Below are positions 47,268-56,332 of a stretch of 64,000 nt of DNA, one piece after another (positions within the stretch are counted from its first letter, which is position 1; every line of letters begins with the position of its first letter). The stretch comes from Candidatus Bathyarchaeia archaeon (lineage in GTDB: Archaea; Thermoproteota; Bathyarchaeia; Bathyarchaeales; Bathycorpusculaceae), in the NCBI GenBank assembly GCA_038883715.1, contig JAVZLS010000006.1, positions 1 to 64,000 on the forward strand. Direction: 5' to 3'. The translations under genes were made by a program, and so were the position numbers. The notes beneath the pieces are model-generated. The model saw only the letters and a list, made by a program, of their open reading frames with translations. It did no database searches and had not been told where the DNA came from.

Positions 47268-47711
47268 TTAAGTGATTAACTGATTTACTATTTCGCGATT
47301 TATGTATTTACCGCCCCTAGGCACCTTCAAAACGCCTGAAAGCCTCTTAAAAGCCTCAAAAGAGACGGGGTTTTCAAGCTCGCAGAAGTTTGTAAACCTA
47401 ATGAATGTGGCTTTCTCTCTTCCCTTAAGAAAAGCCAAATATTCCTTGAAAGAGTTTAGGCACGTTTCATCCCCATACTTTTCCCAAAGTTCCTTAGAAT
47501 CGCCAGCAACCCGCTCTATGAAGTCTGCAACCCCCTTAATCTGCATAGATGGACGCTTAACATAAAATAACAATTTTTCAGCTCTTTTGGGACCAACAAC
47601 GTTTCTCCGAACAAAAGCATGTGTTTTCTTGCCACTTTTGCACCTTTCACAAAGCCTACCCCACCACTTCTCGTCGGAAAGCAAAATGAAACCGTAATGC
47701 TCATCGGTCAA
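47268..47711 (-). CDS. PUA-like (ASCH/EVE/DUF365-type) domain protein
   Basis: KLLFYV..P..QIKGVA, ELWEKYG, EYLAFLKGR, PVSFE, P...KYI pattern; TTG start with AGGTGG SD. Confidence 0.55.
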   Translation of the reverse strand: MTDEHYGFILLSDEKWWGRLCERCKSGKKTHAFVRRNVVGPKRAEKLLFYVKRPSMQIKGVADFIERVAGDSKELWEKYGDETCLNSFKEYLAFLKGREKATFIRFTNFCELENPVSFEAFKRLSGVLKVPRGGKYINREIVNQLIT

Positions 47712-47945
47712 GTTGGCAAACCACCTGCACAAACCACGGTTATTTAGGTTTCAGAAATAATATTTTTGGTTAATCTACGTCGTCGCCGAACAAAATTTCA
47801 CTCTTTAAACATCAAAAGCCAAATGAAACCAGACGGAGTTTGAAACAGACTTTTAAAAACGGCAACCCTTCTTAGACTTGAAAAGCATGAAAAAGCTCTT
47901 TTCTCAACTGTTAAAGTTTTTCTACATTGTTGCATCACTTGTCTT

Positions 47946-48314
47946 TTGCAAAAAGGAGGGTTCCCTCTGAAACCAGAAGAGGCTAAAGCCCTAGCTACAG
48001 CATTAAACGAGTTAAATGATAGTTATGCCGACTTCCTCCAGTCTTTAAGTGGCACCGTAAGGGAGGTGAAGGCTTCCAAAAAGCTTTGGAAAAACGGCAA
48101 TAAGCCATGGCTCATCAAGCTGGGCTTAGCCCTAATAGTTTTCCCAGAACCCGTCCTAAGCGATGTGTTGGGAAGCCTCCTGATAGCTGCTGGAACCGTT
48201 CAGGAGGGAATTCGCCGCAGAGCCATACACATAGAAGACATACCAAAAACATTTCAAAACGTAATGCGGGAGTTACGGGCTTCAGAGGAGCGCATAATTG
48301 GAAAACTTGTTTAA
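47946..48314 (+). CDS. Hypothetical protein with hydrophobic hairpin
   Basis: LIKLGLALIVFPEPVLSDVLGSLLIAAG; possible CTG start at 47967. Confidence 0.65.
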   Translation: MQKGGFPLKPEEAKALATALNELNDSYADFLQSLSGTVREVKASKKLWKNGNKPWLIKLGLALIVFPEPVLSDVLGSLLIAAGTVQEGIRRRAIHIEDIPKTFQNVMRELRASEERIIGKLV

Positions 48315-48342
48315 ATCTTATATTTGGAGCATATTATAAACA

Positions 48343-48352
48343 TAACATGTTA
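48343..48352. promoter_or_regulatory. Palindrome TAACATGTTA upstream of the RHH gene (candidate operator)
   Basis: Perfect 10-bp palindrome between a TATA-like AT tract and the GAGGTGA SD. Confidence 0.35.
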
Positions 48353-48366
48353 GAGGTGAAGAGGGC

Positions 48367-48519
48367 GTGAAACTCGTAACAGTGCTGTTACCCGAAGCCT
48401 ATTTGGAAGGGTTAGATGAGCTTGTGAGGGCGAACATGTACCCCAGCAGAAGCGCAGCCATAAGATCAGCCGTAAGAGACCTTCTCAAAAAGGAGCTTTG
48501 GGAAAGAAAGGAGAGATAA
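48367..48519 (+). CDS. Ribbon-helix-helix (CopG/CdrS-like) transcription factor, 50 aa, not in ORF track
   Basis: GTG start with GAGGTGA SD; MKLVTVLLPEAYLEGLDELVRANMYPSRSAAIRSAVRDLLKKELWERKER. Confidence 0.88.
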   Translation: MKLVTVLLPEAYLEGLDELVRANMYPSRSAAIRSAVRDLLKKELWERKER

Positions 48520-48536
48520 ATCGTACAATCTCTCTT

Positions 48537-49307
48537 TCATTTAACGCTTTTGGCAGCGTCCCTAATCCTTTTGGCTATTTCAGCCGAATTTTCAGAAAGG
48601 GTTATCGCCCGCCCTACAATGAGATAAGAGGCGCCAGCCTTTAGGGCGGATTCTATTTCACCCCCTTGAACGCCCACGCCCGGCGAATAAATCGGGATTT
48701 TCCTGCCCAAAACCTTGTGCACTTCCCTTATTTTTTCAGGGTATGTAGCGCCGACCACAACGCCATCCGCACCCCACGTTAGAGCTTTTTCGGCAAAAAC
48801 AATATATTGGGGCTTTTTCTGTCCGCTTTCGGCGTCCACCACCATTTGCCCATAGCCTTCGCCAGCTCCTTTATGGCTCATATAGACGAGTAGGATAACA
48901 CCTTTACGCTGATTACTTGCCACTTCGAAGACTGGTTTTAGGCCTTCCTCCCACCCAACGAAGGGGTTAGCAATCAAAGCGTCAAAGCCAGCCTCATAAT
49001 AGTATTCGGCGATTACCTGGTTTGTCGAGCCTATGTCGTTTACCTTGCAGTCCATTATGGTGAGGAGCCCCTTTTCATGTGCCTTTTCCAAGAGTTTTTG
49101 GACACCGTTGAAGACTCCCAGCGGCAGAACAAGGTGATGGTTAAATTTGACAGCACAGATATAGGAACCCACATCTTCAATAATCTTTTCAGCCCTTTTA
49201 TAGAGGGTTTGGTGGCTTTCAGGCTTTTCGTAGGGGAAGTCTAAAGCCAAAACGATGTTTGACCCCTTTTTTCTGGCTGTTTCGGCCATTTTCTCTTTAA
49301 AGGACAA
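48537..49307 (-). CDS. pyrF: Orotidine 5'-phosphate decarboxylase
   Basis: LALD, DCKVNDIGST, VVGAT, SPGVGVQGG, IVGRAI. Confidence 0.93.
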   Translation of the reverse strand: MSFKEKMAETARKKGSNIVLALDFPYEKPESHQTLYKRAEKIIEDVGSYICAVKFNHHLVLPLGVFNGVQKLLEKAHEKGLLTIMDCKVNDIGSTNQVIAEYYYEAGFDALIANPFVGWEEGLKPVFEVASNQRKGVILLVYMSHKGAGEGYGQMVVDAESGQKKPQYIVFAEKALTWGADGVVVGATYPEKIREVHKVLGRKIPIYSPGVGVQGGEIESALKAGASYLIVGRAITLSENSAEIAKRIRDAAKSVK

Positions 49308-49324
49308 GGCTAAGCACCCAGAAC

Positions 49325-50023
49325 CTATTTTGGTGTGGAGCTAAAAACCTTTATCATTTCAATTTCTCCTCCGCAGCACGCCCTAATGTATTCTAAGGCT
49401 ATCTTAACCGCCTCTTCAAGCTGCTGGCGGGTTATTCCCGGCGCACCATACGCCACCAAAAGTATGTTTTTTGTGTTAAGCGTGATTTTTGTTTGGTCTG
49501 CGTCTCTGTGGGGATATATACATAAAACCCTTCTGGTGTCGGCTAAAACAAGCATGTTACTTGTCAACGCCATTGGCTTTTCCATTCCAATCCCAGTGAA
49601 TGGCTCGCCGTTCTCCGCAAACCGCACGTTGAAGGGTGGATTAAGCGTGCCCCTATCAAAGCCGCTTATGGGAATTATTGTCTTCATAGAAGCCAAATTG
49701 TAGGCATCCACAGCCGTTGAGATGGTCGGGAGTTCATCGCCATGTAAAACCCGCCTAAGCAGCGCTTCGCCTGAAGGCCTTGTTTTAGTTGGGTCTATGC
49801 CAAGCCGCCAATAAAAGTCTCTGTAGGCTCTAACGGTTGGGTTTTCCTTAAGCCCTTCAATAGCATGTTGGGCTCTGGCCTCCGCGTACAAGGCTTTTTT
49901 AAGCTCTTTTATTTTCAGGTTTTCCTTCTCCACCATAACGTTGTTTATTGTGCCTATGCTTATGGCCAGTTGTGGAAATTTTGAGGTAACTTCTGCGCAC
50001 CAGTAAACAGTGAGGGACTGCAT
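49325..50023 (-). CDS. Stand-alone B3/B4 (PheRS-beta editing-like) protein
   Basis: AYRDFYWRLGIDPTKTRPSGEALLRR, VDAYNLAS, RDADQTKIT. Confidence 0.88.
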   Translation of the reverse strand: MQSLTVYWCAEVTSKFPQLAISIGTINNVMVEKENLKIKELKKALYAEARAQHAIEGLKENPTVRAYRDFYWRLGIDPTKTRPSGEALLRRVLHGDELPTISTAVDAYNLASMKTIIPISGFDRGTLNPPFNVRFAENGEPFTGIGMEKPMALTSNMLVLADTRRVLCIYPHRDADQTKITLNTKNILLVAYGAPGITRQQLEEAVKIALEYIRACCGGEIEMIKVFSSTPK

Positions 50024-50097
50024 TCCAGTTCAGCTCATGAAAGATTAAAATATTTTAATGGTTTTAGCAGTTTCTCCTCTAAAGTTGGCTGTCTATA

Positions 50098-51000
50098 ATG
50101 ATTGGCGAGTTGGCTGCCCTTGGAGCAGCTTTATGCTGGACTTTTTCGGCTGTGCTTTACAAGAAGGCTTTGGCTGAAACAAAGCCGGTTTCGGCGAATG
50201 TTGTGCGCTGCGTCGGGACAAGCCTTGTTTTGGTTTTGATTTTCGCCTTGATCGGGAAAGTTCACGTTTTCGCTGGTCTGCCAGCTCAAGTTATTATGTT
50301 AGCCTCTGTTAGTGGTTTGATTGGGTTGGGTTTAGGTGATACACTTTATATGAACAGCCTTGAAATCTTGGGGGTTGCGCGGGCCGTTCCGATAACGTGT
50401 ATTTATCCTCTTTTCAGCCTTGTTTGGGCTTATTTTTTGGCTGGTGAGAACATAACGTTGCCAATTATCCTTGGTGCTTTGGCGATTGTTTTTGGAATTT
50501 GGCTTCTAACGGGCGAGCAGAGACAAAAAAGTGTAAACAAGGATAGGTGCCAGACAAAACTTCGCATGAGAGGTCTTGTTTTTGCTTTGGCAACGGCTGT
50601 TGCTTGGTCTGTGAGCATTTCAATGATTAATTTGGCTGTTAAAGCAACCGCAAGTTTGGAGCAAGCCTACGCCATAAACGCCTTAAGGCTTGTGGCGGTG
50701 ACAATTTTTCTGTTGGCTTTGACTCCCTTCGGCGGTGTAAAACGTTTCGTTCGAGAAATGCGGTTAAAGGTTGCGGGTATGCTTTTGGCTGGTGGCTTAA
50801 TAGCCATAGGACTGGGATGGTTCCTTCTAACAACAAGCTTCATCTACATCCCAGAATCACAAGCCGTGCCAATATCTTCAACGACGCCCTTGTTTTCGGC
50901 TTTATCAAGCGTGGTTTTTCTTCGTGAAAAAGTTACAGTTAAAGTCGCCATAGGCTCCATCATGGTGGTGGCCGGAATCTTCCTAATCTTCATGGATTAA
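50098..51000 (+). CDS. DMT/EamA family transporter
   Basis: 10-TM duplicated EamA pattern (YPLFS...LAGE; TPLFS...FLRE). Confidence 0.9.
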   Translation: MIGELAALGAALCWTFSAVLYKKALAETKPVSANVVRCVGTSLVLVLIFALIGKVHVFAGLPAQVIMLASVSGLIGLGLGDTLYMNSLEILGVARAVPITCIYPLFSLVWAYFLAGENITLPIILGALAIVFGIWLLTGEQRQKSVNKDRCQTKLRMRGLVFALATAVAWSVSISMINLAVKATASLEQAYAINALRLVAVTIFLLALTPFGGVKRFVREMRLKVAGMLLAGGLIAIGLGWFLLTTSFIYIPESQAVPISSTTPLFSALSSVVFLREKVTVKVAIGSIMVVAGIFLIFMD

Positions 51001-51091
51001 GGTGACCACGATGTTTCCATGAAGCGGTACAGTTTTATATTGGCATGTTTCTAGAGGTGAAACTTGGCGGACTGAAGGGAAAGGCGTTTAC

Positions 51092-51859
51092 ATGTCTGTG
51101 TCTCCAAGCGTTCGCGAAGTTCTTGCAAGGCGAATTGCCGGCGAGATTATCCTCTCCAACAAGCCGGGCGCCACCATGCGGAAGTGGCGGGAGCTCTTCG
51201 GCGTTTCGCAGACAACGCTTTCGGATAAAATGATGCTTTCGCCTTCTGTGATAAGCGACTATGAAAGTGGGAGGCGGAAAAGTCCGGGAACAAAGTTTGT
51301 GCGCCGTTTTGTTTGGGCACTTTTGAAGATTGATGAGGAGCGGGGAAGCCGTTTCACACGCGAATTCGCAAAACTCACCAGTTCGCCCAGCATGGCCGTT
51401 ATTGATTTACGGGAGTTCCCTATCCCAGTACGCGTGGAATATTTGTGTAAGGCCATTAAAGGCGAGATTGTGGCTTGCTCCAGCCTACACGTCCGGGATG
51501 TTTTGGGCTACACGGTTGTGGACAGCAAAAAAACCATTGAAACGCTTTCGGGTTTCGAGTATTCCCAGCTCTTTGGCGCCACAACGGAACGCGCATTAAT
51601 CTTCACCAACATTGGGGATGAGAATTCTCCCATGATGCTTGTCCGCATGAGCAGCCTAAAACCAAAAGTTGTAGTTTTCCACGGCGTGAAGCCAGACGAA
51701 TACTCAATTAGGCTGGCGGAGTATGACCGCATACCCCTAATTTATTCGGCTCTGCCAACAGTGGAACAGCTTGTAAAGTCGCTACGGAAGCTTTACCGCA
51801 TAGCCCTAAGAAGGAAGCTTGGTAAGGCAGTCCGCCCACCCCCGAAAATAAGTGCTTAA
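51092..51859 (+). CDS. HTH transcriptional regulator (COG1709)
   Basis: RIAGEIILS..PG.TMRKWRE.FGVSQ, SVISDYESGRRKSPG, GATTERALIFT. Confidence 0.88.
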   Translation: MSVSPSVREVLARRIAGEIILSNKPGATMRKWRELFGVSQTTLSDKMMLSPSVISDYESGRRKSPGTKFVRRFVWALLKIDEERGSRFTREFAKLTSSPSMAVIDLREFPIPVRVEYLCKAIKGEIVACSSLHVRDVLGYTVVDSKKTIETLSGFEYSQLFGATTERALIFTNIGDENSPMMLVRMSSLKPKVVVFHGVKPDEYSIRLAEYDRIPLIYSALPTVEQLVKSLRKLYRIALRRKLGKAVRPPPKISA

Positions 51860-52628
51860 AAAGGCCAAGAAAATGTTGCCCAAGCAGTTCAAAAACTATA
51901 AACTGACTAATAAGCGCCACTGGAATGCCATAGCTCAGCGTGAACGGGCCCACAAGATGGAAATGTTCAGGCTAATTAAAGATGATGTTTCTTCTTATTT
52001 TGAAAAGTGGGAACCAAAACTCGCTCCATATCTAAAACACATTATGGGAAAGAGGATTATTGTTCCCCAATTTGGTGATGGTTTGTTGATGCTAGCGTGC
52101 GCCAAGATGGGCGCTGATGTCACCGGCGTCGACTTTTCCCGTGAACAGATCAGGCTTGCGAGGGAGGCTGCTGAGTATTGTGGTGTTAAAGTGAATTTAG
52201 TGGAGGCAGATTGGCAAAATCTTCCAAAAATTATTCCAAGAAATTATTTTGATTTGGTTGTTACGGAGTGCGGCATTTTCATCTGGATAAATGATTTGGA
52301 TGTTTGGATGAAAAATGCCTTTAGAGTTTTAAGAAAGTATGGCAAGCTAATTGTTTCGGATTTCCACCCACTTTCGCTAATAACGGATGAGAAGGATGGA
52401 AGAATAACCTTTAAAAGAAGCTATTTTGACCAGAGTCCAGAAATTTGTGAAGGTGAGGGGAATATTCCACCATCGGTTGAGTTCCGCTGGAAATTAAGCG
52501 ATATCATCAACGCAGCAATTCATGCGGGATTTCGTATCGATCGTGTTGAAGAATATTATGTAAGACAAGAGTGTAAACGGCTTCCACTTTTACCAACAGA
52601 CTTTCTTTTAGTAGCAACAAAAAGGTGA
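51852..52628 (+). CDS. Class I SAM-dependent methyltransferase
   Basis: GADVTGVDFS, FDLVVT, FRVLRKYGKL, DFHP, LSDIINA; motif I is degenerate (PQFGDG). Confidence 0.8.
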   Translation: MLKKAKKMLPKQFKNYKLTNKRHWNAIAQRERAHKMEMFRLIKDDVSSYFEKWEPKLAPYLKHIMGKRIIVPQFGDGLLMLACAKMGADVTGVDFSREQIRLAREAAEYCGVKVNLVEADWQNLPKIIPRNYFDLVVTECGIFIWINDLDVWMKNAFRVLRKYGKLIVSDFHPLSLITDEKDGRITFKRSYFDQSPEICEGEGNIPPSVEFRWKLSDIINAAIHAGFRIDRVEEYYVRQECKRLPLLPTDFLLVATKR

Positions 52629-52634
52629 TTTTAC

Positions 52635-53549
52635 ATGATTAAGGTTGGGTGTTGTGGTTTTCCAACATCCATGAAACGCTACTTCGAAAACTACGGCTTA
52701 GTGGAGCTAAACAGCACATTCTACGAATATCCAAAGCTAGAGACGGTTGAAGGATGGCGGGAAAAAGCACCAGAAAACTTCGAATTCACGGTTAAAGCCC
52801 ACCAAGACATAAGCCACAAGGCGAAAATGCGGCTGAACGAAACAAGCAGAAAAGCCTTCGAAACCATGAAACAAATATGCAAAATGCTAAAGGCCAAAAT
52901 GCTGCTGATACAGACTCCCGGCTCTTTCCGACCAGACAAGCTCAGCGAAGCAGAAAAATTCTTCGAGGCGGTGAACCGTGAAGACTTAACACTTGTATGG
53001 GAGACTCGCGGACCAGAATGGGAAAAACCAGAGGTCTATGAAAGACTAAGGCAAGTTTTAAGCCGCCTAGACGTAGTGCATGTGACAGACCCATTTAGAG
53101 TTTTGCCAGCCTACACGAGCCAAACAGTCTATTTTAGGCTGCATGGCTTAGGTGAGGAATTATACTACTACCAGTACACAGACAAGGAACTGCGGCAACT
53201 CGGCGAAATAGCCAAAAATTTTGAGGGAGAAGGCAAAACGGTTTATGTGCTTTTCAATAACCTCGCCATGTTCGAGGACGGACTACGCTTTAGGCAATAC
53301 CTCTCCAGCGGGAAATTCCCAAAAATCACAGGCTCTGTTGGCTTGGAATCCGTTAAAAGTGTTATTGAAAAGACGCGTTATCCAGCGCCAAAAAGCGTGC
53401 TTGTTAAAAAGGTTGGCTGGAGGCTTGTGGAAATCGAAGAGGACAAACAGGTTAGGCTTGAGGAGCTGCTGGCGGAACTGCCATCAAAAACATACAAAAA
53501 CCCAGAAGAAGTCCTAAAGGAGTTGAAGGCCGTCAAAAAGTTAGGTTAA
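52635..53549 (+). CDS. DUF72 family protein with extra C-terminal helical domain
   Basis: KVGCCGF, VELNSTFY, FTVKAHQ, QTPGSF, YFRLHG, VLFNN. Confidence 0.9.
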   Translation: MIKVGCCGFPTSMKRYFENYGLVELNSTFYEYPKLETVEGWREKAPENFEFTVKAHQDISHKAKMRLNETSRKAFETMKQICKMLKAKMLLIQTPGSFRPDKLSEAEKFFEAVNREDLTLVWETRGPEWEKPEVYERLRQVLSRLDVVHVTDPFRVLPAYTSQTVYFRLHGLGEELYYYQYTDKELRQLGEIAKNFEGEGKTVYVLFNNLAMFEDGLRFRQYLSSGKFPKITGSVGLESVKSVIEKTRYPAPKSVLVKKVGWRLVEIEEDKQVRLEELLAELPSKTYKNPEEVLKELKAVKKLG

Positions 53550-53566
53550 ACGGCTAAGCTCAACTC

Positions 53567-54148
53567 TTAGATTTTCGCCTTGAGCAGCTTAAAATCGCCA
53601 ATGAGCAATTGTTTATATTTGGCGCTGTAAAGTCCAGCCGCCGGATGAAAAGTTGGAAAAACAGTTACAGCCAAGCCTAAAACGTTTGCTTGGTAAAATT
53701 TTCCCCTAGCCTCTGTTATGCCCTTAAAGAGTATTCCAGCCTTTGCAAAAATGTAGGCAGTTGAATAATTTCCAAGGGTGACTACGAGTTTTGGTTTTAT
53801 AGCCATTATCTGCCGATCCAAAAACGGCGTGCAAGCCTCAATTTCAGCGGGCGCTGGCTCACGGTTTCCAGGCGGACGACACTTCAAAACATTCCCAATA
53901 AAAACTTGGCTTCGCAGAAGACCAGCCTCTGCCAAAAGCGAGTCCAAAAACTTTCCAGCAGCCCCAACAAAAGGCTTGCCCTTCACGTCTTCCCAGTAGC
54001 CCGGCGCCTCCCCAATAAACATTACTTTGGCGTTTGGGTCACCCTCGCCCGGAACAGCGTTTTTGCGGGTTCTCCAAAGACCACAACGTGTGCAAGCTTT
54101 AACTTCTGAAGCAACAGCCTCCAAAACAGCTGCACTTGAGGAATCCAC
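53567..54148 (-). CDS. udg: Family 4 uracil-DNA glycosylase
   Basis: CTRCGL, GEAPG, PFVGAAG, NVLKCRPPGNR, HPAA. Confidence 0.95.
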   Translation of the reverse strand: MDSSSAAVLEAVASEVKACTRCGLWRTRKNAVPGEGDPNAKVMFIGEAPGYWEDVKGKPFVGAAGKFLDSLLAEAGLLRSQVFIGNVLKCRPPGNREPAPAEIEACTPFLDRQIMAIKPKLVVTLGNYSTAYIFAKAGILFKGITEARGKFYQANVLGLAVTVFPTFHPAAGLYSAKYKQLLIGDFKLLKAKI

Positions 54149-54231
54149 GCCTCTCCAGCCCAGTTTAGTGGTATCTGGGAAGCACTTATTAGGATTGTCA
54201 AAAAATAATCAAATGGAGAAAGTGCCCGAAA

Positions 54232-54591
54232 ATGGGTTATGTTAAGGTCAAGGTGAAAATTCGGAACATTCACAATCCGGAACTGGAAGCTGAAAAAGAG
54301 CTCCTCGCCGACACGGGCTCAATATACACAATGATTAGACGCAAGTTCCTCGAAGAACTCCACATAAAGCCACGGGGAAAGCGGAAATTCAAAACCGCCG
54401 ATGGGAGACTTGTCGAACGGGAGGTTGGAGCCGCAGAAATAGAGATAAATGGACAGAGCACTTACTCAATCATAATTTTCGGCGAAGAATCAGACGCGGA
54501 AGTTCTGGGCGTAACAACCCTTGAAGAACTCGGACTGCGAGTCGACCCTGTGACAGGCGAGTTAAAACCACTAGAACTTCTACTCTTATGA
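54232..54591 (+). CDS. Retropepsin-like (clan AA) aspartyl protease
   Basis: LADTGS catalytic motif, TADGR, LGVTTLEELGLRVDP. Confidence 0.88.
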   Translation: MGYVKVKVKIRNIHNPELEAEKELLADTGSIYTMIRRKFLEELHIKPRGKRKFKTADGRLVEREVGAAEIEINGQSTYSIIIFGEESDAEVLGVTTLEELGLRVDPVTGELKPLELLLL

Positions 54592-54648
54592 CAACCTTTC
54601 CAACAAAAATAAGGCACTTCAACGATTAAAGGTCACGGAGGTTAATTC

Positions 54649-55428
54649 TTGAAGAGTCTTTTGAAAATTGCAAGGAAATTTGTGAACGAAAAGTTCGTGG
54701 GCTGCAATGATATTTTGGGCGTTTTGCTGGAAGGCTCCGCCGCCATAGGAGTAAGAGACGAGTTTGTAGATTTAGATTTCGAAGCTATAATTACAGAGAA
54801 ACGCTACAAGGAGGGCGTTTTCCTAGCTGATGAAACTGTATATGAGGGCGTTGAGGTTTGTTGGGGATGGACTAGTTTTGAAAGGCTGGAATCCAAACTA
54901 AATGGTTGGCACAATGACATTAATCTATGGGTATACTCCACATCAAAAATAATGTATGACCCCGCCGGAAAAGTGAAACGCCTACTAGAGAAGTATAAGT
55001 GGTATCCCGAAGACATTCGAAGGGAGAAAATGTTCGCTTACTTCTACTATGGGTGGGCTGAGGCACCATACAACTTCGAGAAGGCGCTGCTTAGAAAAGA
55101 CCCTATAACTGCACAGTTCTGCCTAACCAATGCCGTTGAAATATTTACAGCCCTCCTTTTCATTATCAACAACAATTTTGTGCCTTATCGGAAATGGAGG
55201 CTTCGCGAACTGCGAAAATTGGAAAAGAAACCAGAGAAATATGAAGAAAAGATAAGGCAGCTGGTTCAAACAAACAGTTTTGAATGTGAAATCTTTAACT
55301 TAAAAAGGAAAATGGTCCATGAGGTTGTTGATGAACTGAGAGAACTTCTAATTCAAGAGGGAGTCCCCTCAGAAAAAGTTGGAAAGGACATGTGGAGGTA
55401 CGAACCCAAATATCAGCCTTCAGTGTAG
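54649..55428 (+). CDS. Pol-beta-fold nucleotidyltransferase with DUF4037-like helical domain
   Basis: GS..IG..DEFVDLD motif, YDPAG, N..FVPYRKW. Confidence 0.78.
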   Translation: MKSLLKIARKFVNEKFVGCNDILGVLLEGSAAIGVRDEFVDLDFEAIITEKRYKEGVFLADETVYEGVEVCWGWTSFERLESKLNGWHNDINLWVYSTSKIMYDPAGKVKRLLEKYKWYPEDIRREKMFAYFYYGWAEAPYNFEKALLRKDPITAQFCLTNAVEIFTALLFIINNNFVPYRKWRLRELRKLEKKPEKYEEKIRQLVQTNSFECEIFNLKRKMVHEVVDELRELLIQEGVPSEKVGKDMWRYEPKYQPSV

Positions 55429-56153
55429 TTTGTTGTGAATTTTGGCTTCCAGTCAAGAGTTTCTACTATTTTTCTTGTTGAAACGGTAGGCTTACAAGCC
55501 ACATTAAAAACCTGACCGTAAGCCTTACTGTTTAATGTCGCTAGGATAAATGCTCGGACAACATCTTTTACGTGTATCTCCCCTTTGCTGGGCGGTTCGA
55601 AAACGTATCCAATCCTTAAGATGGTTACCGGCAACCCATACTCGCTGAAGTATAGGAGGCATAAACGCTCCGTTACAAATTTCATTATTCCATACGCTGG
55701 TCCAGGGTCTCCATTGAAAAGCTCTGGTTTGCAGACGCTTTCTTCATCCACGACCTCTGCGCTTCCATTTCCGTAAACTGCGGTACTGCTTGCAAACATG
55801 AAGTGTTTAACTCCTTCAGACTTCGCCTCTTCCAATAGGTTTAAGGTTCCTCTAATGTTAACATCAAACAAGTCTGGCAAGGGAACTTTATGCTTCCATG
55901 TTGCTCCATCCCAATTTAGGGCTAAATGGTAAACCACCTCCACGCCTCTAACAGCTTGCCTCACAATATCCCCGTCAACCATGCCACCGCGTAAATCATC
56001 GCTTCCAACACCGAAAAACTCCAGCTTATCCTTGCAATCCACTAGTTCTCCATATCGAACATCAAGAACTCTAACAGTCCAATTTTTATTCAATAGGGCA
56101 CGTACAAGCCTGGAACCAATAAAACCTCCTCCGCCAGCAACAAGCGCCTTCAT
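55413..56153 (-). CDS. NAD-dependent epimerase/dehydratase (short variant)
   Basis: GGGGFIG, NIRGT.NLLE, SSTAVYG, YGIMK, IHVKDV; ATG at 56153. Confidence 0.85.
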   Translation of the reverse strand: MKALVAGGGGFIGSRLVRALLNKNWTVRVLDVRYGELVDCKDKLEFFGVGSDDLRGGMVDGDIVRQAVRGVEVVYHLALNWDGATWKHKVPLPDLFDVNIRGTLNLLEEAKSEGVKHFMFASSTAVYGNGSAEVVDEESVCKPELFNGDPGPAYGIMKFVTERLCLLYFSEYGLPVTILRIGYVFEPPSKGEIHVKDVVRAFILATLNSKAYGQVFNVACKPTVSTRKIVETLDWKPKFTTNYTEG

Positions 56154-56332
56154 CGCGTTTCCTACTCTCACTTTTGGCAATAACGAAAAAATATTATTTT
56201 CACTATTTGAAGCGGCAAAAGTATGCCTTAACGGCATACTCGAAATGTTTATTAGCGAAAAGCTTAGACGATAATTGCAGGACGTTGAAAGGCATGATTG
56301 CTTAGTAATTGTAGGTTTTCACGCGTCCTAAA

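Noticed and set aside
48107-48370. 87-aa ORF overlapping 47946-48314
   Set aside because: Alternate-frame ORF with no motifs; its stop overlaps the real RHH start
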